Of a DNA stretch of 64,000 nucleotides, positions 38,095 through 49,600 are shown one piece after another. Every line of letters begins with the position of its first letter. The stretch's first letter is position 1. The stretch is from positions 96,603 through 160,602 of IMG/VR virus record IMGVR_UViG_651324052_000001. The stretch is one strand, 5' to 3'. The position numbers were made by a program, and so were the translations under genes. The notes under the pieces are model-generated. The model was not told the origin of the DNA. It ran no database searches and saw only the letters and a program-made list of their open reading frames with translations. Origin of the DNA: a virus. Its lineage: Duplodnaviria > Heunggongvirae > Uroviricota > Caudoviricetes.

Positions 38095-39016
38095 TTAAAT
38101 TATTCACACATCTGGATCTTGATGGTGTTGGTTGTGCAGTGTTGGCACGATTAACTTTTGGCAAAAATGTAGATATTACATATTGTAACTATGATGAAGT
38201 AGATTTGCTTGTGAGAGAATATATTTCTAAGATGGACAAAGAACATGATACATGTTTTATCACGGATATTAGTATTAAAGATGATTTGGCTTCCATGATC
38301 AATCTTGAATATAAAAATAATTTCAGATTATTTGATCATCATAAAACAGCATTAGACCTTACTAAGTATGACTGGTGTGTTGTCGAAACAATGAATAACA
38401 AAAAAGGATTGCAAACATGCGGGACAGAGTTGTTTTATGAATACTTAAAGGATCACAAATACTTAAAAGAGGATGTAAAAGATTTTGTAAAACTCGTAAC
38501 TAATTATGATACCTGGAGATGGGTAGAAATTGGAAACATGGGATTAATTTCTAAGAAAATGAATGACTTACTCTACTTATATGGAAGAGATGAATTCGTA
38601 AGATGGTGCTTAGATAAATTTAAAAGTAGAAAATCATTCTTAAGATTTGACAAAGAAGATGAATTATTATTGCAGTTTAACCAAAAAGAAATTGATAAAT
38701 ACATTGATTCAAAAGAAAAGAAATGATTATTAGCTGCGATGGAGAATATAAATATGGAGTTGTCTTTGCAGAAAGATACTTTAGCGAACTAGGAAATGGA
38801 TTATGTAATAGGAATCCGAATTTAGATTATGTTGCGATGGTTGATACCGGAAGGCATTCGGTTTCTTATAGGACTATTAAAGATAATATTGATGTTGGTC
38901 AGATTGCTAAGAGATATGGCGGCGGAGGACACCAAAAGGCCGCAGGGTTTACTTTTAAGACACATATTTATACACAACTTGTCAATGATATTTTGAAAAG
39001 GAGTGAATTAGATTAA
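38082..39016 (+). CDS. DHH-DHHA1 phosphoesterase (NrnA/RecJ-like) encoded in two overlapping frames (38082..38726 and 38723..39016)
   Basis: DHH motifs HLDLDGVGC, ITDISI, LFDHH; DHHA1 GGGGHQKAAG; the frames overlap with ATGA in an A-rich stretch 38708-38726. Confidence 0.6.
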
Positions 39017-39208
39017 ATGGATTTTATTATTTCACATGCTGTAGGGTTTATGATTGGATTTTTTATTGCATTTCTGTATGATAACAGATCTAAATTAAAA
39101 AGGAACAAACATAGAGAATGTTCTGAATGTAAATGGAATGTAATGAATGGTGGTACTTGTTATGAAGTAAAAGAATCATGCTATCAATTCATAAAGGCAA
39201 ATAAATAA
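39017..39208 (+). CDS. small membrane protein
   Basis: N-terminal TM helix. Confidence 0.4.
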   Translation: MDFIISHAVGFMIGFFIAFLYDNRSKLKRNKHRECSECKWNVMNGGTCYEVKESCYQFIKANK

Positions 39209-39221
39209 TGAGGAGAATCAT

Positions 39222-39695
39222 ATGACAAAGAAAGAAGAATTAATCAGAGATTACGAGGCATTGAAGGAAAATTGTATTGCGCTAACATTATGGATTCATA
39301 TGCCGTCAGGAGAAATAGAAACTATTACAAATCCAAACGTAGTAGAGAAAATGAAATATGTAGAGAAAACATATACTGACGAATTGGTTCATGCCAATTG
39401 CCTTGATATTTATATTGAATCATGGGAGTTTAAGCAGCGTAATCAGACAATTACATTTGGACAGGCTTGTGACTTAATGAAGTATTCAGGTGTAAAAATT
39501 AAACGACCAGAGTGGGAAGAAAAAGAATACGCCTATTATCTAAATTCAAAAAGTAGAAGGAGGGTAGCGAGAGAGCTGTTTGGAGAGAATAATATTAAAG
39601 AAGGATATTTAAAAGATTCCAAAGATAAAGCAACAGAACTTTGGATTCCAACATTATATGAATCAGTTGCGAATGACTATTCTGTGTTAATGTAA
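39222..39695 (+). CDS. hypothetical protein
   Basis: 157 aa; GAGGAG RBS. Confidence 0.5.
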   Translation: MTKKEELIRDYEALKENCIALTLWIHMPSGEIETITNPNVVEKMKYVEKTYTDELVHANCLDIYIESWEFKQRNQTITFGQACDLMKYSGVKIKRPEWEEKEYAYYLNSKSRRRVARELFGENNIKEGYLKDSKDKATELWIPTLYESVANDYSVLM

Positions 39696-39882
39696 AATTT
39701 TTTAACAATATTGTTCTAATCAATCTAAAACATATATAGCAAATCTTTATAGGTAATAAAATTCAAGGTTATATTATAATTGAATACTTTTTTGAAAATT
39801 TTGCTGAGCAAGTTCGGCAGTTTCTTAAGTGCACCCAAAATCGTGGGTTTATATAGATTTTACATAGAGCAACTCTATATTC

Positions 39883-39905
39883 CGACTGAAATTCAGTCGT
39901 TTATA
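39883..39905 (+). terminator. rho-independent terminator-like hairpin CGACTGAA-a-TTCAGTCG followed by TTTAT
   Basis: Preceded by a second hairpin ATAGAG-caa-CTCTAT at 39865-39879. Confidence 0.45.
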
Positions 39906-39942
39906 TATACAAAATTTTAACGTACAGAAGGAGATTTATTTT

Positions 39943-41129
39943 ATGGCAAGAAAAGAAAAGGCAGTGTTAGAAAAAAAGGATGGGCAAATTCGTTTGTATT
40001 AGTTGGTGAGGCGAAGATCAATGCTGACTATACATATAAATTGGATGAGCATTCTGAAAAATCAGACTGGGTTTATAACTCATTAAATCTTGGTGTTGAT
40101 TGCGGAGACGTGTGCGGAACAGTCTATGCTGAACTAATGGGTGGATATGGTGCAGAACGTGACAATGTTGTTTATGTGCATGGTAAAGACGAAGACGGAA
40201 AAGATGATTTTGAAAACAGATTTACAATCGATTGGGATGATAGATTCGATGATAAAATTCTCGAATCAGTTGGGGATTTATGTTTCATGACAGTCGGTCT
40301 TGAAAAAGACAAAAATGGCAAAGTGTTCTATAAAAAATTCTTGACACCATACGATATGATCGCTTATATCAATGAGAATCTTGAAGACGGAATGGTTGTT
40401 AATGTAAAAGGGCAACTTAAGTATTCTTCATATGAAGGTAATGTACAAGTAAAGAAAGAAATTTCAAGTCTTGTACTTTCAAAAGCGGACGATAGAAGCA
40501 AGTACCATGCTACTTTCACACAGACAATGTTGCTTACAAGAGATAGTGTCGGTAAGCCAGATAAGTCAACAGGAGTTTTACCTATCTATGCCAAGGTTCT
40601 TGACTACGTGAAAGAATACAAAGGGAAAGAGGTTAGATGCAACATTCCTTATGATAAGGCATTTGAATATGAACTTGATTTGACTAAACCAGAGGTATCA
40701 CAGAAAGTAATTGAAAAACTTTTTAAAGTAAAAAGGGGAGTTACTGAAATTACATTCGAGGGAGATTTAGTAGAAGGCGGCGCGGTTGTTACCGCAACAG
40801 AAGACGATATTCCAGATGATATCAAAACACTTATTGAGATTGGAGTATTTACTTTAGAAGAGGCTCTTCAGAAATGTACTGTTAATTCAGGTAGAGAAAA
40901 GCGAATGGTTATTAGAAGACCACAGATTAAAAATGTTGAGGGAAATGATGGAACAAAAACGCCGGTTCTTCAGAAATTTGAACAGAAATATAGCGAAGAT
41001 GATTTAACTCTTGATTTTATGTATGACGAAGAATCAGAAGATGAAGCAGGCGATGTTTATGTCGAAGACGAATCTGCGGATGTTGCAGAAAATCCAAATG
41101 ATATGTCTTGGCTTGATGCGCTTGGATAA
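39943..41129 (+). CDS. SSB-like ssDNA-binding protein; the N-terminus needs a -1 shift at A_AAA_AAG (39972-39978)
   Basis: ATG 39943 with AGGAG RBS gives only 19 aa in frame; the fused reading MARKEKAVLEKKGWANSFVLVGEAKINADYTY resembles the SSB N-terminus; the track ORF starts at TTG 40041; acidic C-terminal tail. Confidence 0.5.
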
Positions 41130-41237
41130 AAGTAAAATAAACAAAAAGTCTATGCAGCTTATAACTGCATAGACAAACATAAATACATTGATAGTAATAA
41201 AACACAAATACATTGGAAATTTGGAGGACGGAAATAT

Positions 41238-42353
41238 ATGGCAAGAAAATTTGGAAAGAAAAACGAAGTAAAAATTGATCCACTTAAATACAACATTTGT
41301 TTATTAGGGGAACCTAAAATTGGTAAAACAACACTTATTAAAGAAGTGTGTGAAAAATTAGCTGGAGATGATGGTTATATTTTTCTTGAAATGAACGGAG
41401 AGGCAGGAGCGGACGCGATTGAGGGTATTGTGTACGAAGACTGTGATGAATGGGCAGATGTAGAAGATATTGTAGAAGATATTATTGATAACAAAACAAC
41501 AGATTATGCAGATTTAAAAGCAATCGTGGTGGATACCTACGATGGTTGGATTAAATTAGCAGAGCAGGAAGCAATCAGATTGTGGAATAAAGATCACATG
41601 GATAAAAAAGCAGACACAATTGACGGGGCATGGAATGGGTTTCAGAAAGGTCAGGCAAAAGCCTTTGAACTTATGTTTGATATTATTAAAAGCTTGAGAA
41701 AAGTTGGTGTAGCTACAATTGTTATCGGACACGTAAAGAATAAAGAAGTAACAGATATTGCAACAGGAACTACATATCAGACACTAACATCAGACGTTGA
41801 AAAGGTGTACTTTAACCTTCTGAAAAAGAAAATGCACTTCCTTGGGCTTGGATATTACGACAGAACAATTGTTACAGAGAAAACTGGAAAGAAAAATATT
41901 GTAACTAAAAAAGATATTACTGTAAACAAGATTGTAGATCAGCATAGAAAAATTAAGTTTAGAGATGACAATATGGCACTAGATAGTGGATCTCGTTTTG
42001 CAGATATTGTCGATGAAATTGCATTCGACACAGATGAGTTTATCCAGGCGATCACAGATGCTATCAAAGCAGAACAGGCTAAATCAGGAAAATCATTTGA
42101 AGATTCTGAAAAAGAACAGGCTGCCAAAGAAGCTGAGGAAATGAAAGAACTAGCTAAAAGAGAAGCTGAAAAGAAAGAAGAGAAAAAGATTGAATCTGTG
42201 ATTGATCAGATTAAAGATTTTATCAAAGACAATAAAGGTAATATGGAAGCAATTAAACCTCTCCTTGAATTTTCAAAAGAGAATGGATATGCGAACCCAA
42301 CTTTAATTGATGATTTATCAATTGCAGAACAGGCATTAAAAATTATTGCTTAA
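41238..42353 (+). CDS. AAA_24/RecA-like P-loop ATPase (Sak4-like)
   Basis: Walker A GEPKIGKTT; Walker B IVVDTYD. Confidence 0.6.
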   Translation: MARKFGKKNEVKIDPLKYNICLLGEPKIGKTTLIKEVCEKLAGDDGYIFLEMNGEAGADAIEGIVYEDCDEWADVEDIVEDIIDNKTTDYADLKAIVVDTYDGWIKLAEQEAIRLWNKDHMDKKADTIDGAWNGFQKGQAKAFELMFDIIKSLRKVGVATIVIGHVKNKEVTDIATGTTYQTLTSDVEKVYFNLLKKKMHFLGLGYYDRTIVTEKTGKKNIVTKKDITVNKIVDQHRKIKFRDDNMALDSGSRFADIVDEIAFDTDEFIQAITDAIKAEQAKSGKSFEDSEKEQAAKEAEEMKELAKREAEKKEEKKIESVIDQIKDFIKDNKGNMEAIKPLLEFSKENGYANPTLIDDLSIAEQALKIIA

Positions 42354-42369
42354 ATAGGATGGTGATGTA

Positions 42370-42843
42370 ATGAGAGTAAAGCCTGAATCAGCGAAGATGA
42401 CAGAGGTTGAGAAAAAAGAATGGGATGAATTATATACATATGTAAAAAAGGAAATCCTATTTTATGATGATAAACAAAATTTGTCTAGTTTCATTTGTAC
42501 TAAATTAAAGGGAATCAGAACCGGAAAATTCATTGAAAATAGAAATATTAAAAGTCAGGCTGAGTATCCATACAAAACCATTTTATATACATTTCAGATA
42601 TGCAGACCAAAAATATTGGCTGCATTATCTGGAAAAACATTTGAGTCAGAGGCGCAGAAGATTAATTATATTTGTGCAATTGTAAAAAATAATATAAATG
42701 AAGTTTATGAGATGGTTAAAAGAAAAGAGAAAAATGATGAAAAAGTAGCAAATATGGATACAGATATTCTGACGCACAAATCAGCTCATTACCGGACAAA
42801 GACTAAGGAACTGAAGAACGATAAGTTGAAAAACTTGTGGTAA
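42370..42843 (+). CDS. hypothetical protein
   Basis: 157 aa. Confidence 0.45.
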   Translation: MRVKPESAKMTEVEKKEWDELYTYVKKEILFYDDKQNLSSFICTKLKGIRTGKFIENRNIKSQAEYPYKTILYTFQICRPKILAALSGKTFESEAQKINYICAIVKNNINEVYEMVKRKEKNDEKVANMDTDILTHKSAHYRTKTKELKNDKLKNLW

Positions 42844-42856
42844 GGAGCGTAAGTGA

Positions 42857-44356
42857 ATGGCAACAAAAACGAGTGCGAAAAAATTAACACCATTTGAAAA
42901 GGAGTTAATTGAAACAATTAAGCAGGTGAATCAATACAAAGAAGCGGATGAAGCCAATATTGTAGCTATTTTGTATAAGAACCCTGATTTGATTTATGAG
43001 ACAAATTTACATTTAGATGAGTTTGGTAACAATATTTGGAGAGTATATTGGACAATTGCAGAAGACATTATCAAGCTAGAAAAGAAAAAGACGTTAGATG
43101 AAATCACAGTTGGGTTATATCTCGAAAAGCATTTGAAACTACGAGAAAAGTATGATGAATATGGTGGGTATGAAATAATAGAAGCCGCCGGAGGGTATGT
43201 CAATACAGAAAATCTATATGGTTATATAGACGAATTACGCAAATGGAATAGTGTAATCAAATTGGCAAAAATGCGCTGCGGAGTAAAAGATAGACTTAGT
43301 GATTATTGTGATATGAGTGCTGAAGAAATATATAACGAGTGGGAAGCACAATTAAATGATATTTTTTCCAATATAGATTACGACGTGAAAAGTTATGACA
43401 TCTGTGATGGTATAGATGAATTAATCGAAGAACTGGATAAAGGGTATGCGGTAGGGTTGCCTTATAACAATATGGACATTATTACAAAAGAGACAGGCGG
43501 TCAATATTTGGGAAGCATTACTTTGGTTGGGGGTTTGAGTAATGTTGGTAAATCTACATTTGCAAGAAATGCAGTTATCCCAACCGCAATAAAGGAGAAA
43601 GAAAGAATTGTAATCATTGTAAATGAGGATGGTATCAAAAAGTGGCAGAGGGAACTGCTTGTGTTTGTTGCAAACAATATTATCAAAGATGATTTACAGA
43701 AGCATGTAGTAAGAGATGGTCATTTTGAGGAAAGAACAAGAGAGACACTATATAAAGCGGCGGAATGGTTAAAGGAACAGACAGATAATCATATTATTAC
43801 AGTTCTTCCGTTTCAACAATATAAGACGGAGAATGCAATAAAAACTATAAAAAAATACTCAAGTATGGGAGTTAAATACTTTCTGTTGGACACATTTAAA
43901 CTTGATGCCGGTAACGTAAGTGATAGAGCATGGCTTGAAATGCAGCAAAATATGGTTAAGATCAACGATGTTATCAAACCGGAAGCAAAAAACCTTCATA
44001 TTCTTATTACATTTCAGTTAGCAAAAGGAAGTGTAAAACAGAGATATTATACCCAAGACAATATTGGAATGTCGAAGAATATCATCGATGTCGCGTCAAC
44101 ATGTATTATGATTCGTGATTTATATGATGATGAATATACAGGAGAGAAAAGAGAATTAAAGGTATACAAACTTGAGGGAAAGAATGGGAAAACAAAAATC
44201 CCTATCAGGCTAGATAAGGACAAACACTATCAGATTCTATTTATTATTAAGAATCGAGAAGGTTCTGCTAATAGATACCAAGTTGTGATTGAACACGATA
44301 TGTCAAGAAATATTATCAAAGAAATCGGAATAACAAATGTTCCGGTAGATTTTTAA
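42857..44356 (+). CDS. DnaB-like replicative helicase
   Basis: GGLSNVGKSTFARN Walker A within a RecA-like C-terminal domain; N-terminal helical domain. Confidence 0.7.
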   Translation: MATKTSAKKLTPFEKELIETIKQVNQYKEADEANIVAILYKNPDLIYETNLHLDEFGNNIWRVYWTIAEDIIKLEKKKTLDEITVGLYLEKHLKLREKYDEYGGYEIIEAAGGYVNTENLYGYIDELRKWNSVIKLAKMRCGVKDRLSDYCDMSAEEIYNEWEAQLNDIFSNIDYDVKSYDICDGIDELIEELDKGYAVGLPYNNMDIITKETGGQYLGSITLVGGLSNVGKSTFARNAVIPTAIKEKERIVIIVNEDGIKKWQRELLVFVANNIIKDDLQKHVVRDGHFEERTRETLYKAAEWLKEQTDNHIITVLPFQQYKTENAIKTIKKYSSMGVKYFLLDTFKLDAGNVSDRAWLEMQQNMVKINDVIKPEAKNLHILITFQLAKGSVKQRYYTQDNIGMSKNIIDVASTCIMIRDLYDDEYTGEKRELKVYKLEGKNGKTKIPIRLDKDKHYQILFIIKNREGSANRYQVVIEHDMSRNIIKEIGITNVPVDF

Positions 44357-44361
44357 GAAGG

Positions 44362-45460
44362 GTGGTAAACAGAGTTGTGACGATTAGTGAATTGAAAACT
44401 TACATATATAAGGAAAATAAAATTGAGTTTGTGCTTCAAGAAATAGGCTGTCACCACATTGTTTACCATCCAAACAAAGAATATTATTCGTGTGGGAATA
44501 TAGATGGTGATAACAAGTCCTGTGTTATCGTGCGGAATACTGAATATTTAAATGTTACAGATTATACAAGAGAAAAGTTTTTTTGATGACAAATCTGACA
44601 TTATTACTTTGGTTCAGTATAACTTATACGCGAAACACAAAGAGTTCACTACATGGGAAGCGATAAAAAGTTTACATAAAATTTTAGGATTAAAATTATC
44701 GTTCAAAAAAGAAGAGAAAAAACAAGAGAAAATAGATCCGTTGCAGATATTTAAAAAAGTCAAAACAAGGGAAAGAAAATTAAATGTATTAGATTTTGAG
44801 GTTCGTGACGAAAAAGAACTAGATACATTTGTTCCTTATGTACATATTGGTTGGTATAAAGAAGGTATTATGCCGTGGACAGTAAAAAAATTCAAACTTG
44901 GATACAGTTATAAATATAAAAGAAATGTCGTCCCGTTGCGATACTGGCTTACTGGCGAACTAATGGGGTATAACATGCGAACAACAGTTGAAAACTATGA
45001 TTTGTTTGATATTAAAAAATATTATATTACACCAGGATACCCAAAACAGATTAACTTGTATGGACTATATGAAAATAGAGAGTCGATTGAAAAATCAGAT
45101 TATGTTGTAGTTGTAGAAAGTGAAAAGTCTGTATTAAAGAGAGACAGTCTTTGTGACTCGACATGTGTGGCTGTTTCTGGACATGAGATATCTGACGAAC
45201 AAGCAAGAATCTTAATTGGTCTGAATAAGGAAATAATTATCTGTTTTGATAAGGATGTGGATATAAACCATGTAAGACATTGTTGTGAGAAATTTTATCA
45301 CATTAGAAAAGTAAGTTACATATATGACAGGTGGGGGATTATAGGCGAAAAGGACTCACCAGTAGATGCACGGAATCAGATATATGAATTTATGATCAAA
45401 TATAGAGTGGTGTACGACGAACACGAACATAAGGAATATTTAAAGGCTTTACGAAAGTAG
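44362..45460 (+). CDS. DNA primase (zinc-ribbon N-terminus plus catalytic core), split at a T7 tract (44578-44584)
   Basis: 44362..44586 encodes CHH...C zinc ribbon ending ...REKFF*; 44552..45460 continues in the +1 frame (DDKSDIITLVQYN...); UUU_UUU_UGA context. Confidence 0.55.
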
Positions 45461-46672
45461 GTGTTTATTATAGGAAGAAAAACGAAAGAAGAACTTAATG
45501 AAATTATGTCATATTATAAGACAGATCGATTATGGAGTTGGTCTAAATTTAATACATATCACACATCTCCATATGAGTATTATCTCAAATATCTAAAACA
45601 TGTACCAGAAGATAGAGATGATTGTATTTATGTGGTAACTGGCGGAATGGCACATGAGATTATGGAGGATTTATATCTAGGACATATTAAATATGAAGAA
45701 ATGGATGAAAAATTTGAAGATGCTTGGATAACGGCTGAAGTAGCAGATTTGAAATTTGATAGAAATGATGAAAAGAAAAATAAAAGTGTAAAACAAAAAT
45801 ATTATGACTGCCTCAAACATTTCTTTAATCATCACAAGATGTTTGAGCAGCATATGGAAATTGAAAGATTTGTAACAGCAAAAATTGGTGATAACGTATT
45901 CCAAGGATATATAGATGCTATATACAGAGATAAAGATGGCAATTTCCATATTCTTGATTGGAAGACAAGTTCAATCTATAAAGGCAAGAAAGCAGAAAAT
46001 GAGTGTGGACAGCTGATTGTATATGCAATTGCATTGAATCAGATTGGGATTCCAATGGATAAAATTCGTATTTCATGGGATTTCTTAAAATATGTTTCCA
46101 TTGATTGTCAGCAAGCAAATGGCAAATGGACAACGAGAGAAATTGAGAGGAACCAGATCGGTGTGAAATTGCAGACTAGCGTAAAAATGTGGCTAAAAAA
46201 ATGTGGATACGAAGATAAACAGTTGGAGTATCTCGACCTTCTAATGCAGACAAATGATGTCAAGTGCTTACCGGAAGATGTACAAGAAAAATATAAGGTG
46301 AACGACTGTATTGTAACAGTTCCGATTACAAATGACCTTTTGAATAAATGGACAACAGATATTATTGAAACAATTTCTGAGATTGAAAAAAAGGAAGAAA
46401 GATATGAGAACTTGAAAGACAGAAACTCAATGGAGGCTGAGAAAGAGTTTTGGGACTCAGACGACCAAGTAGAAAAACAAAGCTATTATTTCTCTACATT
46501 ATGCGGTTACTCTCCGAATGTGCATTTGCCATATAAAAAATATTTGGACAAGCTAAATGCTAAGAAGGAGCAGCAGGATAATATTTTTGCAGGTGTTGGT
46601 GAAGATGTCATATCTAATGTTCAAGGAAAATTATTGGATGAAGACGATATGTCTTGGTTAAATGATTTATAG
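45461..46672 (+). CDS. PD-(D/E)XK-family recombination exonuclease
   Basis: GYIDAIYRD...FHILDWKTS matches the D...(D/E)xK core; C-terminal DMSWLNDL tail. Confidence 0.55.
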   Translation: MFIIGRKTKEELNEIMSYYKTDRLWSWSKFNTYHTSPYEYYLKYLKHVPEDRDDCIYVVTGGMAHEIMEDLYLGHIKYEEMDEKFEDAWITAEVADLKFDRNDEKKNKSVKQKYYDCLKHFFNHHKMFEQHMEIERFVTAKIGDNVFQGYIDAIYRDKDGNFHILDWKTSSIYKGKKAENECGQLIVYAIALNQIGIPMDKIRISWDFLKYVSIDCQQANGKWTTREIERNQIGVKLQTSVKMWLKKCGYEDKQLEYLDLLMQTNDVKCLPEDVQEKYKVNDCIVTVPITNDLLNKWTTDIIETISEIEKKEERYENLKDRNSMEAEKEFWDSDDQVEKQSYYFSTLCGYSPNVHLPYKKYLDKLNAKKEQQDNIFAGVGEDVISNVQGKLLDEDDMSWLNDL

Positions 46673-46687
46673 AACTGGGGTGAGTAA

Positions 46688-49600
46688 GTGGAGAAGAATT
46701 ATGTAGTCTATCATTTACATAGCGATTTGTCAAATGGGGTTACAAACATTGATAGTGTCACAAAATATAATGAATATATTGACTATGCAAAATCTTTAGG
46801 TATGAAAGCAATGGCGTTTTCAGAGCATGGAAGTGTTCTTGAGTGGGTTCATAAAAAAAATGCAATTGAAAAGGCTGGCATGAAATATATTCATGCAGAG
46901 GAGTTTTATGTAACAAAGGAATTATATCAATATCCTGACGATACAGAATTATGTGAATCATTGTTAGGAACTGATCCAGAAGAAGCACAAAAGGAAATCG
47001 AAGAATTTTTAGAGGGAAATAAATTTCAAGTACGTGATAACTATCACTGTGTTTTAATTGCAAAAAATTACGAAGGTGTCAAAGAGATAAATGCTTTATC
47101 GTCTAAAGCATTTGTAAGAGATGGTCACTTTTACTATCAGCCAAGAATTACATTTGAAGAATTGATAAATACATCTGACAATATTCTAATCACAACAGCA
47201 TGTATTGGAGGAATTTTGGCAAGTGGAACACCTGATATTCAAGAAGATTTTCTAAATTTTCTTATTAAAAACAAAGATAGATGTTATTTGGAAATTCAAC
47301 ATCATTGTGATGATATGCAGATAAAGTATAATCAATATCTTGCAAAAATTTCTACACAATATGGGATTCCGCTTATTGCGGGAACAGACACACACGCTTT
47401 AAATGATGAGCACATGCGTGGACGGGCTATTATGCAGAGGAGCAAAGATGTTCAATTTGATAGTGAATCTGCATGGGATATGACATTTAAAAGTTACGAT
47501 GAGTTAGTGGTGGCATATGAAAAACAGTTTGCTATTGCAAAAGATGTTTATTTAAAAGCAATAGAAGAAACAAATAGAATAGCTGATAGAGTTGAAGAGT
47601 TTAAACTGGATTATTCTTATAAATATCCAAAATTATACGATGACTCTTTGACTGAAATTAAAAAGAAAATTGCAACGGGAATTAAGTGGAGAGGTATTGA
47701 TAAAAAGAAAAATTATAAAGAATACCAAGATAGAGTTGTATATGAATTGAAAACATATATCCATAATAATGCGTTAGACTTTATGCTTCTTGAAGAGGAT
47801 TATAAAACGGAATTAAGAAAAAATGGAGTTAAATATGGATATTCAAGAGGTTCTGTTTCTGGAAGTTTAATTGCATATTTATTAGGAATTACAGAAGTTG
47901 ACCCAATAAGATTCAATCTGAATTTTGAGCGTTTTATGAATGAGGAGAGAGTTAGTCTTGCGGATATCGATTCGGATTGGTTTAAAGAAGATAGGTGGAA
48001 AGTAAGGCAATATCTGTTTAACAGGGAAAAATTACATTGCTGCAATATTATTACATTTAACACTGTGAAAATGAAAGGTGCAATCAAAGATGTTGGGAGA
48101 GCGTTGGGTATGACGCCGCAAGAAACACAATTATTATCAAATCTTGTTCAAGAAGATGAGAATAAACATGAATTTGTTGACGAAAAATATCGCTTACAAT
48201 ATTCGGAACTGTTTGAATATGTGGATATTGTTGTTGGTACAATTACAAGTTTAGGTAGACATGCAGCTGGTTTAGTGGTGGCTCCTTATCCAGTAGATGA
48301 TGTATTTGGAACATTGTATATTTCTTCTGACGAAAAACCTATTTCGCAAATTAATATGAAAGAAATTGATTCGTTAAATTTCGTCAAACTGGATGTTTTG
48401 GGATTGGACTGCGTAGGACTTATTTACAAGACATGTGAAGCTGTAGGAATTCCATTTTTAACACCAGACAACTTAGATTTTAATGATGAAGAAGTGTGGG
48501 AAGACATTGCAAAAGATACAACTTTAATATTTCAGTTCGAATCTGATTTTGCTGGATCATATCTTCGAGATATTCTACGACCCCAGGTTATAAAAAAAAT
48601 CAAAGAGAAAAATCCTAATTTATCATATATAGATCTCATGAGCATGGCTAACGGAGCAATTCGACCGGCAGGTGAATCGTATAGAACAAAATTAGCTGCA
48701 GGTATTTATAGAGATAATGGGAATGATGCGTTAAATAAATTCCTAGCACCTACACTCGGATTTTTGGTATATCAGGAACAGATTATTGAATTTTTGCATA
48801 GGTTTTGTGGCTTCACAATGGGCGAAGCTGATATTGTACGTCGTCACTTTAGTAAGAAAACTGGAACTGAAACAGATATTCCAATTATTAAAGATGGTGG
48901 ATACATGAATAATATAGATGGTAAAAAATCTGAACACTATATCAAAGGTTTTATAAAAACAATGAAAGATGATTATGGTGTAGATCAGGTGGACGCAGAA
49001 CAGATTATTGAGTCATTTTTGCAAGTTATTATTGACGCATCTAATTATTTATTTTCAAAGAATCATGCCGACCCATATTCATTTTTAGGATTTGCATGTG
49101 GGTATTTGCGACATTATTATCCGTTAGAAACTCTTACAACGGCTTTAAATATATATGCATCGGACGATGAGAAATCTTTAAAAATCAAAGATTATATTAT
49201 ATCAAAGGGTTATGAAATTTTTCCAATCCAGTTTAGAAAATCAAAAGCAGAATATCAGTTTGACAAAAATAGTAATTCCATATATCAAGGGATTTCTTCT
49301 ATTAAATATTGTAATGAAAAAATTGCAGATGAATTGTTTGAGTTAGGAAAGAATAGTTATGAGAATTTCTTTGAGCTTTTATTTGATATTAATGAGAAAA
49401 CATCTATTAATTCAAAACAACTTATGATCTTGACAGGTTTAAATTTCTTTAAGGAATTTGGCGAAAATAAATATCTCTTAAAGTTGATTGAGTATTTTGA
49501 TAAATTTGCTTTTAAAAAACAAATTAATAAAAAGAAACTAGGTGAGCTTGGCGTCACAGAGTTTATTATAAAAAAATACTCTGGAAAAGAAACCGTTACT

